Shown piece after piece: positions 31,477 through 39,069 of a stretch of 64,000 bases of DNA. Below the pieces are notes generated by a model. It saw nothing but the letters and a program-made list of their open reading frames with translations, was not told the origin of the DNA and made no database searches. The position numbers were made by a program, and so were the translations under genes. The stretch is from contig CAVOMK010000010.1 of NCBI GenBank assembly GCA_963697005.1, forward strand, positions 19,774 to 83,773. Reading direction: 5' to 3'. This DNA comes from an uncultured Actinomycetes bacterium (GTDB lineage: Bacteria > Actinomycetota > Thermoleophilia > Gaiellales > Gaiellaceae). Within the stretch, counting starts at the first letter, position 1, and the number at the start of each line of letters is the position of its first letter.

Positions 31477-31844
31477 ATGCGTCACGCGCGGACCGGCAAG
31501 AAGCTCGGGCGCGACCCGTCGCATCGGAAGGCGCTGTACGCGAATCTCGCGTGCTCCCTGATCGAGCACGGGCGCATCAAGACGACCGAGGCGAAGGCGA
31601 AGGCGGTGAAGCCGTTCGCCGAGCAGATGATCACGCTCGGCCGCCGCGGCGACCTGCACGCGCGCCGGCAGGCGCTCGCCGAGCTCCGCTCGCAGGAGAT
31701 CGTGCACAAGCTCTTCGCCGACGTCGGCCCGCGCATGGCCGACCGGCCGGGCGGTTACTCGCGCATCGTCAAGCTCGGACACCGTCAAGGCGACGCCGCC
31801 GAGATGGTCTACCTCCTGGCTCGTCGACTACCACGCGCCGCTAG
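31477..31844 (+). CDS. rplQ: 50S ribosomal protein L17. The 3' end is inferred through a -1 change near 31818.
   Basis: The protein reads MRHARTGKKLGRDPSHRKALYANLA...GYSRIVKLGHRQGDAAEMVYL. Frame 1 has no stop until 32394. Third-position GC favours a switch to frame 3, ending at TAG 31842-31844. Confidence 0.88.
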
Positions 31845-32358
31845 CGGCCGGTGTGCAGCTGTTCCGACCGGCGCGCCCAACAGTGCTCGCCCGAGCTCCC
31901 GCGCGCTGATCGCTGCGATCAGGATGCCGGCGAACGTCACGATGCCGAGCGCGCGCGACGAACGTGTCCGAGAAGAAGCGCCAGCGGAAGTAGGCGAGCA
32001 TCAGCAGCTCGAACGCCACGACCCCGATCGCGAAGATGAGCGCGACGTGGTAGTTGGAGATGAGGAACGGCAGCGAGTGGAGGATGCCGCCGAGGAACGT
32101 CCCGCCGCCGGTGATCGACCCGCGCGCCCAGGGGCTGCCGCGCCCGGTCAGTTCCCCGGTGTCGGAGAGCCCCTCCGAGAAGCCCATGCTGATCCCTGCG
32201 CCGAGCGAGGTCGCGAGGCCGGCGATGAACGCGTAGCGGGTGTCGTGCGAGGCGAGCACGACTGCGAAGATCGGCGCCAGCGTGGACAGCGACCCGTCGA
32301 TCAGGCCGACCATCGCGGGCTGCACCCGCTGGAGGAGGAACGTGTGCTCTTCGGTCAT
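31841..32358 (-). CDS. VIT1/CCC1-like small membrane protein, a putative Fe/Mn transporter family member. There are apparent frame changes near 31950 and 31880.
   Basis: ORF 31828..32358 reads MTEEHTFLLQRVQPAMVGLIDGSLSTLAPIF...GLSDTGELTGRGSPW. The last TM helix, ALGIVTFAGILIAAISA, is in another frame. The family assignment is from memory. Confidence 0.6.
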
Positions 32359-32407
32359 CAGTTAGAGTGTATCAATCGGTGTGCAAGTCAGTAGAGCATA
32401 AGGAAGT

Positions 32408-32438
32408 CCTGACAAGCGACGTCAGGCACGCCTGACGT
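32408..32438 (+). promoter_or_regulatory. Interlocked repeat CCTGAC-N7-GTCAGG-N4-CCTGAC overlapping the truA GTG.
   Basis: CCTGAC is at 32408-32413, GTCAGG at 32421-32426 and CCTGAC at 32431-32436. The 8-bp version, ACGTCAGG/CCTGACGT, includes G and T of the start codon. Confidence 0.4.
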
Positions 32439-33148
32439 GCGGCTCAGACTGACGATCGAGTACGACGGCACGCCCTTCCGCGGCTGGGCCGCGCAGCCCG
32501 GCCACTCGACGGTGGAGGCCGAGCTCCGCGATGCCCTGGCCGCCACGTTCGCCACCGTCGACCGCCTCGCCGTCGCCGGCCGCACCGACACCGGCGTCCA
32601 CGCGCTCGGGAACGTCGCCTCCGCCGACGTCGAGGGAGGGCCTCCGCTCGAGCGCGCGGCGGCTGCGCTGAACACGCGCCTGCCCGACGAGATCTCGGTC
32701 GTCTCCGCCGAGAGCGCGGCGCCCGACTTCCACGCGCGGCACTCCGCCGTCGCCCGTTCGTACCGCTACCGCCTCTTCACCCGTTCGACGCCCTCGCCGT
32801 TCGAGCTGCGCCGGAGCTTGTGGGTGCCTCGCCTGCTCGACCTCGAGCAGCTCGCCACGGCCGCGGCTCAGCTTCCGGGCAAGCACGACTTCCGCGCCTT
32901 CACACCGACCGTGACGCGGCACGAGGACTTCGTGCGCACGGTCGAGTCGGCCGAGTGGATCGACCGCGGCGAGCACCTCGACTTCGAGATCACCGCGGGC
33001 AGCTATCTCCGCCACATGGTGCGGACGCTGGTCGGGACGATGCTCGACGGGATCGACCTCGCCCCGCTGCTCGAGGGTGCCGAGCGTGCCGACGCCGGCG
33101 CGACCGCCCCGCCGTGGGGCCTCTACCTCGTCGTCGGTCAGGTACTAG
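32437..33148 (+). CDS. truA: tRNA pseudouridine(38-40) synthase with an apparent +1 frame change near 33133.
   Basis: The protein reads MRLRLTIEYDGTPFRGWAAQPG...AGRTDTGVHALGNV. Removing one base gives ...PPWGLYLVSVRY and TAG 33146-33148. Confidence 0.92.
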
Positions 33149-33709
33149 AGGGCTGGGGCTGGGGGAGCGCCGGCGGCGGAAGCCGCAGCGCGCCGGTCGC
33201 GCCGAGCGCGAACAGCAGCCCACCCGGGCGATGAGGACGTCGCCGACGGAGAAGACGTTCGCCCAAGGGATCCAGCTCGGCGCCGCCCAGCGGTCGACGA
33301 GCCAAGACGAGATGCGGCGAGGCGAGCTCGGCGCTGTTACGGCTCTTGGTGAAGTGCAGGCCTGCTCCTCGCAGCGCCGACGGGAAGCGCCGGCATGTGG
33401 CCGCCGTTCGTGAGAATCGCGGCGAGGTTCGACACGAGCCCGGCCGCAATCAGCGGGATCCCGGGCGTGCGGCGTTGCACGCGACCGCGAAGGCGAAGAG
33501 GCCGTAGGAGCATGAGCCAGAGGACGACGCCGATTCGGTCGGACGTGTGCCAGGGAATCACCTTGACCGGGAACGCGACGAGCTGGAGCGCAATCGCGAC
33601 GTAGAAGAGCCAGACGGCCCGCATGCGCAACGTGCCGATGCCGGCTCCACCGTCCTCCGAAGAGCGGCGCGAGCACGAAGCCCGCGAGAAGGGGAAGCGC
33701 GAGTGCCAT
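33138..33709 (-). pseudogene. DUF5317-like small membrane protein, paralog A, broken by about five frame changes.
   Basis: The pieces [107 protein letters not shown] and GGLLFALGATGA lie in alternating frames. They align with the gene at 38501-39057. Confidence 0.7.
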
Positions 33710-33713
33710 TGGG

Positions 33714-35551
33714 CTACGCGAACGCCAGGATCGGCGCCGGGCGCCGTCGTTCGGCGATGCATTCGGCGACGCACGCTTCGACGGCGGTGACCGCGGTGCG
33801 ACTCGAACTGCGTTCCCGCGTTTGCGCGAAGCTCGTTGAGCGCGTATTCGACCGACTGCGCAGCGCGGTAGGGGCGGTTCGCGGTCATGGCCTCGAAGGC
33901 GTCGGCGACGCGGATGATGCGCGCGCCGAGCGGGATGTCCTCGCCCGCCAGGCCGTCGGGATAGCCGCTGCCGTCCCAGTTCTCGTGGTGGTGGAGGATC
34001 CAGTCGTCGATCGGGGCGATGCCGAGACCCTCGAGCAGCGAGAAGCCGAGCGCCGGGATGCGCCTTGATGGCCTCGAACTCGACGGGCGTGAGGGCTCGC
34101 GGCGCCTGCAGGAGGCTGTCGGGGATGCCGATCTTGCCGATGTCGTGCAAGAGGCCGGCGAGCGCGAGCTGGTCGACCGTGTGCTCGTCCAGGCCCAGCT
34201 CTGCGCCGATGGCCGCAGCCAGCGCCGACACCGTCTCCGAGTGGTTCGCCGTCGAGGGGTCCTTGGCGTCGACGAAGCGCACGATGTTCTTGGCGGCGCG
34301 CAGGCGCGCGACGCGTTCCGTCTCCCACTCCAGCTCCTTGGCCGAGTGGATGCGCACGACCTTCGGGCTGTACACGAACGAGCGGTTTTTGCCGTGATGC
34401 TTCGACCAGTACAGCGCGCCGTCGGCCATGCGCTGCAGGCCGTCGGCGTCGTCTGCCTGGCCCGGGTAGCTGGCGATGCCGACGCTGATCGTGACCGGCG
34501 TGAGGCCGAGGCCGGCGACAGCTTCCTGGATCTCGGTGATGCGCTCGAAGGCGGCCGTTCCGTCCGTCTGGAACAGCACCGCGAACTCGTCGCCGCCGCA
34601 GCGGAACGCGGCTCCGTCGCGCGCGTCGCTCAGGATCGCGGCGAGGGCGACGAGCACGTCGTCACCGACCTGGTGGCCGTAGGTGTCGTTGATCCGCTTG
34701 AAGTCGTCCACGTCCACGATGCAGAGCGAGAACTCCGTGCTCTCGCGCTCGGCGTCGCCGATGGCGTTGCGCAGAGCAGCCTGGTAGGCGCGGTGGTTGC
34801 CGAGGCCCGTGAGGTTGTCCGTCCGCGCATCCTTCGCGGCCTGGTGGGAGTGGTAGAGGCTCCGCTGGTAGAGCGTCAGCGTGAAGAGGGGGCCTGCGAG
34901 CAGAAGGAGCATCCATGGGTGCGTCGCCCAGAGGTTGGCCGCCAGCGCGGCGAGCACCGCCATCATGATGAAGACAGGCCGTTGCGCCCGAGGTCGGTAG
35001 CGGACGACCTCGCGGTAGCGAATGTTCTGCGAGAGCGTGACGGCGCCCGCGACGAACGAGCGTGTTGGCGATCACGTGCAGCGCCGCGCCGGCGAGGATG
35101 TAGCCCGTGAGACGGCCGGCGCCGACCGTGTCGGAGGAGCCGAAGACGATCACCGGCACGCTCGCTGCGAACGCTGCGAGCGAGTAGCTGGCGACGTTGA
35201 ACGCGATCCGCTCGATACGGTCGCCGAGTCACGACCATCGTGATCCGCGATGCTGAGCCCGGCCATCGGGACGGCGTAATGCCAGCCGAAGAGGATCGGC
35301 GGCAGTCACGATGAACACCGTGCGTGATCGAGACGTCCGTTTTGCCGCCCTCGCCCATCGGCATCGGCTGGAGGTCGGCGAGCAGCGCGAGCACGAAGAA
35401 GAGCGCCACGCTTGCCGCCTTGCCGATCGTCGGGAGATCGACGGCGATCTTGACGAAAGAGAGGACGATCAGCGGGTGCGGCGATCGCCGTCGTCGCCGT
35501 GACGTAGGCGAAGAGACGGGAAGGCAGGCCGCAAATCAGGTGTTCGTTCAT
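33714..35551 (-). pseudogene. Multi-TM GGDEF + HD-GYP protein, paralog A, with at least nine frame changes.
   Basis: The start MNEHLICGLPSRLFAYV matches MISTDKTICGLPPRLVAYI of paralog B. The central part (ORF 32990..34966) carries [11 protein letters not shown] and [20 protein letters not shown] and the C-terminus ...PAPILAFA are in other frames. Confidence 0.75.
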
Positions 35552-35576
35552 GGATTGGATTGACGCGATGAGCCGA

Positions 35577-35610
35577 AACGGGATCGGTCGCCGCAGCGGC
35601 CGATCCCGTT
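35577..35610 (-). promoter_or_regulatory. 11-bp hairpin between peptide gene P1 and the paralog A start.
   Basis: The sequence is AACGGGATCGG-12 nt-CCGATCCCGTT. It lies 17 nt after the P1 stop and 26 nt before ATG 35551. Confidence 0.55.
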
Positions 35611-35626
35611 GCAGTCGAGCTGGATG

Positions 35627-35743
35627 TCAGTCCCAGCGCCAGTCGGCGCCGGCACCAACGACGAGCGCGACGAGGGCGGCGAGGGCCATAGCCCCCTTGA
35701 GGAGCGTTGCCGCATCCCACGCGCGTGCATACCACCGAATCAC
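35627..35743 (-). CDS. Small hydrophobic peptide P1, 38 aa.
   Basis: The GTG start lies 10 nt after GGGAGG. Hand translation gives MIRWYARAWDAATLLKGAMALAALVALVVGAGADWRWD. It is a paralog of P2 and P3. Confidence 0.6.
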   Translation of the reverse strand: MIRWYARAWDAATLLKGAMALAALVALVVGAGADWRWD

Positions 35744-35912
35744 GAGATCTTCACCTCCCAGGAGATGTCCGCAGATAAGTCCCGTTTCGCTTGACGCATC
35801 GTCCTCTATCCGGTGACGGATGCATCCCCAGGAAGGGTGAAGCTCCGATCCTGCGAAATGCGCTCATACCGGCTTCATTCCGAAGGATTTCGGGCGAGCG
35901 GGAAGGAGTGAA

Positions 35913-35942
35913 CTGCTCCGGACGCCGAAACGGCCGGAGCAG
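35913..35942 (-). promoter_or_regulatory. Hairpin just downstream of the P2 stop.
   Basis: The outer stem is CTGCTCCGG...CCGGAGCAG with an inner CCG-AAA-CGG. There is no U-tract. Confidence 0.4.
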
Positions 35943-35955
35943 CCGCAGGACTGGC

Positions 35956-36045
35956 TCAGTGCCAGCGCCAACCGGCGCCGACGCCAACGACGAGCACGGC
36001 GACGGCTACCAGAGCCGTGGTCGCACGGGCATACCACCGAATCAC
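35956..36045 (-). CDS. Small hydrophobic peptide P2, 29 aa. An in-frame upstream ATG would give 47 aa.
   Basis: The GTG start lies 11 nt after GGAGG. The peptide is MIRWYARATTALVAVAVLVVGVGAGWRWH, which matches the C-terminal end of track ORF 35956..36768. Confidence 0.6.
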   Translation of the reverse strand: MIRWYARATTALVAVAVLVVGVGAGWRWH

Positions 36046-36131
36046 GAGATCTTTCACCTCCAAGAGATGGCCGCAGTTGGTCTCGTGGTGCATGCTCATC
36101 CTCTTGGCGAGGAGCGTTGGCGCATCCCCAT

Positions 36132-38261
36132 TTAGCGTGAGATTCCATCCAGCCGGAACGTCGCGATCTCGCCCGGGGCGAGCACGAGCTCTTCGCCGGC
36201 CTCTGCCCCCTCGTCGAGCCGGACACGCACAGCCGGTACCCCCTCGATCCTCACGGCCTCCGGGTGCAGGTTCGGGTTGAAGACCCGCAGGATCGCGCCG
36301 TCGCCGTCCTCGGCGCCCTTGAGACAAGAGAAGACCACGTCCCCATCCAGGGTGAACGGGGGCGCGAACGGATCGCCGGTGAGGAAATCCGTGCGGTAAT
36401 CCTGGCCGGCCCGGATGAGGGCGGCGTTCGAGAGGCGGTCGGCGTCGAATCGAACGGCGTATTCGAAGACGTGGCGGCCGCGGCACTGCCCGTCCGGTGT
36501 GGCGATGTCCGGCCCGGCGTCCACGGGGCGGGCGGGCAGGCCTTTCGGCTGTGAGATCGTCCCCACGCAGCGCAGGAGGGTCAGGCGGAGCCCGTCCCGG
36601 CCGGCCTCGTACTCCGGCAGGCCCTTGGTGAGGAGGGCGAGCGGGCCGAGGGCAACGGCTCCCAGGGTGTGTGCGGCGGCGATCGGTGGCTCCACCCACT
36701 CGGCCCTGGCCGGAACGGGCTCGACCGGGCGGCGTACGACGGCGAACTGGCTCTCCGCGCGTACCCACTCGCCCGCCTCCGACACCGGGAAGTGGACGCG
36801 AAGGCGGTGGTCGTCGGCCTCGTTCTCGACCGTCGTCCGGAGCTCGATCCGGTCGGACATGGCCCGCGCGACCGTCGAGATGCGGATTCCCGGCAGCTCG
36901 TGCTCGAGCAGCAGAGCGCCGTCGGGGTGGACGCTCGATCCGACGAGCTCCGCGCGCCGGACGGGGCCGCCCGGGCAGAACGTGTACAGGTCGCCGATGT
37001 CCGGCTCATCCTCGAATGCGATGTCGAGCTCGACCGGCAGGAGTTCTGCCGGGCGCCGCTCGGCGCGACGACCCTCGAAGCCCTCGAGCTCGACGAGCTC
37101 GTCGCCGACGATCCGGGTCCGCCGGTATGGGAGGGGGTTGACCAGAGCGCCGCCGACGCCCAGCGCCTCACGCTCCACGATCTCCAGCGTGCGGTCGAGC
37201 TGCTCGTACCGGACGAGCATGTCGCGGTGCACCTCGTCGCACGAGCAGCCGCAGATGGAGTCGTGCGGATGGTTGCGGAGCAGGTCGCGCCACGCGAGCC
37301 GGATGTCCTCGTGCGGGAACCGGGAGCCGTCCCGCAGCGTCCGCAGCGCGGCCACCGTCTCCGTGCCCAGGAGGCGGCGTTCGGCGCGCTCGTTCGCCTG
37401 CTTCAGGTACATGCGCGCGGAGTTGACGCCGCGCAGGATGTTCTGCAGCTGGCTGCCCACGAGCTCTCCCTCGTACACGGGGAGGCCGTCGGTCTCCGGC
37501 CGGAAGTCCGAGTAGCGGCCGATTCGGAACGACGGGCCGAGCTCGCGGCAGATCTCCGGCAGGTGCGGCTGGATGGGCAGGTGGTCGGAGCCGTTCGCAA
37601 GCAGGATCGTGCTCTGCCCGGCCTGCTCGAGGAGCAGGCCGAAGCGCTCGAAGATCTGCGCGACGCGCTCCGCCGCCTCCTCCGCGGTCGTGAGCCGTGC
37701 GAAGTTGTCGTAGTGCGGCAGGAACTGGCACGCGATCACCTCCGCGCCGGCTGAGCGCCAGCGGAACACGACGCCGACGTCGTCCAGCTGGTCGCCGAGC
37801 CCGCGTGAGAAGAGGAACGTCGGGAGGCCGAACCCGGCGAGGATCTGCGGCAGCTGCGCCGGGTGACCGAAGCTGTCCGGCTCGTAGCCCGCGCCGGTCG
37901 GCTCGACGCCGAACCGGCGGCAGACCCGCCGGCCGAGGAGGAGGTTCCGTACGAGCGACTCACTCCCGACGAGGATCTCGTCCGGCAGCACGTACCACGG
38001 GCCGGCCTCGAGCCGCCCCGCCGCAAGCAGCGCGCGCAGGCGGTCGACGTTGTCGGGCCGCACGTCGGCGTAGTCCTCGAGGACGATGCCCTGGCCGTCA
38101 AGCGTGAACGAGCTGAAGGACTCGTCGCGCTCGAGCGTGTCGAGGACGCCGTCGACGACGGCGCCGAGGCGCAGCCGGAAGACCTCGAACGGGACGTACC
38201 ACTCCCGGTCCCAATGGGTGTGCGGAACGACGAGATAGGAGACGTCGGACGGTGCCGCCAT
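36132..38261 (-). CDS. Glycoside hydrolase family 38 (alpha-mannosidase-like) protein, 709 aa and intact.
   Basis: The N-terminus reads YLVVPHTHWDREWYVPFEVF, followed by ...GPWYVLPDE...EPDSFGHPAQLPQIL. Confidence 0.8.
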   Translation of the reverse strand: MAAPSDVSYLVVPHTHWDREWYVPFEVFRLRLGAVVDGVLDTLERDESFSSFTLDGQGIVLEDYADVRPDNVDRLRALLAAGRLEAGPWYVLPDEILVGSESLVRNLLLGRRVCRRFGVEPTGAGYEPDSFGHPAQLPQILAGFGLPTFLFSRGLGDQLDDVGVVFRWRSAGAEVIACQFLPHYDNFARLTTAEEAAERVAQIFERFGLLLEQAGQSTILLANGSDHLPIQPHLPEICRELGPSFRIGRYSDFRPETDGLPVYEGELVGSQLQNILRGVNSARMYLKQANERAERRLLGTETVAALRTLRDGSRFPHEDIRLAWRDLLRNHPHDSICGCSCDEVHRDMLVRYEQLDRTLEIVEREALGVGGALVNPLPYRRTRIVGDELVELEGFEGRRAERRPAELLPVELDIAFEDEPDIGDLYTFCPGGPVRRAELVGSSVHPDGALLLEHELPGIRISTVARAMSDRIELRTTVENEADDHRLRVHFPVSEAGEWVRAESQFAVVRRPVEPVPARAEWVEPPIAAAHTLGAVALGPLALLTKGLPEYEAGRDGLRLTLLRCVGTISQPKGLPARPVDAGPDIATPDGQCRGRHVFEYAVRFDADRLSNAALIRAGQDYRTDFLTGDPFAPPFTLDGDVVFSCLKGAEDGDGAILRVFNPNLHPEAVRIEGVPAVRVRLDEGAEAGEELVLAPGEIATFRLDGISR

Positions 38262-38318
38262 CTGCGTAGCTTCTCAGAGCAAAGGAGCTCTCAACGCCTC
38301 GCCCGGCATTTCATCCAG

Positions 38319-38499
38319 GGCCGGAGCTAACGCGGAGCGTTAGCGGAGGCCGCAGTAGCGCGCGGGGACGGCGGTAGCCGCCACCGTGCGCGCAGAACGA
38401 AACCGTCGCTCGCACTCGTCAGAGGACGCGGGCTTTGCTCGCGTCCGCTCCCGCGAAGCGGGAACCTCAACCGCGGGAAGTGCGCAGCACTTTCCGCGG
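38319..38499 (-). repeat. Five-hairpin repeat element, copy 3.
   Basis: H1 is at 38326-38344, H2 at 38358-38393, H3 at 38424-38446 and H4 at 38449-38463. H5 is CCGCGGGAAGTGC-GCA-GCACTTTCCGCGG at 38471-38499 and ends 2 nt from the TAA stop (complement of 38501-38503). Confidence 0.8.
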
Positions 38500-38500
38500 A

Positions 38501-39057
38501 TTAGGTCGTTGCCGGCCGCGGCTTGCGACCGGGAACGCGTGCGCCCGTCACTGCGAGCGCGAGGACGAAGCCGCCGACGGCGATGGCGACGTCTCCGACC
38601 GAGAAGATGTTCGCGAGCGGGATCCAGTGGGGCGCGGCCCAGCGGTCGACGAGCCACGGGAGCGCGGGGTGCGCCATCGCCTCGCTGTTCATGTCCACGT
38701 GGTAGTGCAGCCCCGCGGCGGCGAGCGCGCGCGGAAGCACGGGCATGTGCCCCCCGTTGGCCAAGACGGCGAGAAGGTTGGAGCCGAGCCCGGCGGCGAC
38801 CAGGGCGACGCCCGGCATGCGCACGTTTCGCGCCACCACCGCAACGAGCAGGACGTCGGACGCGATCCACAGCCCGACGGCGACTCCGTCCGGCGTATGC
38901 CACGGCATCGAGCTCCCGGGAAGGCGGCGATCTGGATCGCGAGCGCGACGTAGGCCAGCCCGAGCCAGCGCAGCCGAACGGCGGCGAGCGCGCGCAGCCG
39001 GCCACCCAGCGGCAGCGCGACGACGACGCCGATCAGGAACGGGAGGGCGAGAACCAC
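38501..39057 (-). CDS. DUF5317-like small membrane protein, paralog B, with one apparent -1 frame change in the CCCGGG run at 38915-38920.
   Basis: ORF 38689..39057 reads MVLALPFLIGVVVALPLGG...IQIAAFPG. ORF 38501..38908 reads MPWHTPDGVAVGLW...NGGHMPVLP...WLVDRWAAPHWIPLANIFSVGDVAIAVG. The family name is from memory. Confidence 0.7.
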
Positions 39058-39069
39058 CAGTACACCGTC

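Noticed and set aside
31472-31561. A genuine 85-nt overlap of rpoA with rplQ, as the literal ORF 30470..31561 implies.
   Set aside because: Removing a single C at about 31463 gives a stop 4 nt before the rplQ ATG. The overlapping tail (RVTPCVTRGPARSSG...) looks non-coding, and similar one-base problems are pervasive.
32359-32436. A yybP-ykoY (Mn) riboswitch upstream of the VIT-like transporter gene.
   Set aside because: The spacer is only 78 nt and lacks the GGGGAGUAG and UUGACA cores. A leaderless promoter fits better.
35744-36131. A c-di-GMP class I or II riboswitch in the peptide-gene leaders; the same applies to 41090-41165.
   Set aside because: No GEMM-like conserved segments (as I remember them, for example GCAAACC or GACGCAAAGCC) are present. 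The conserved leader box is short and overlaps the SD.
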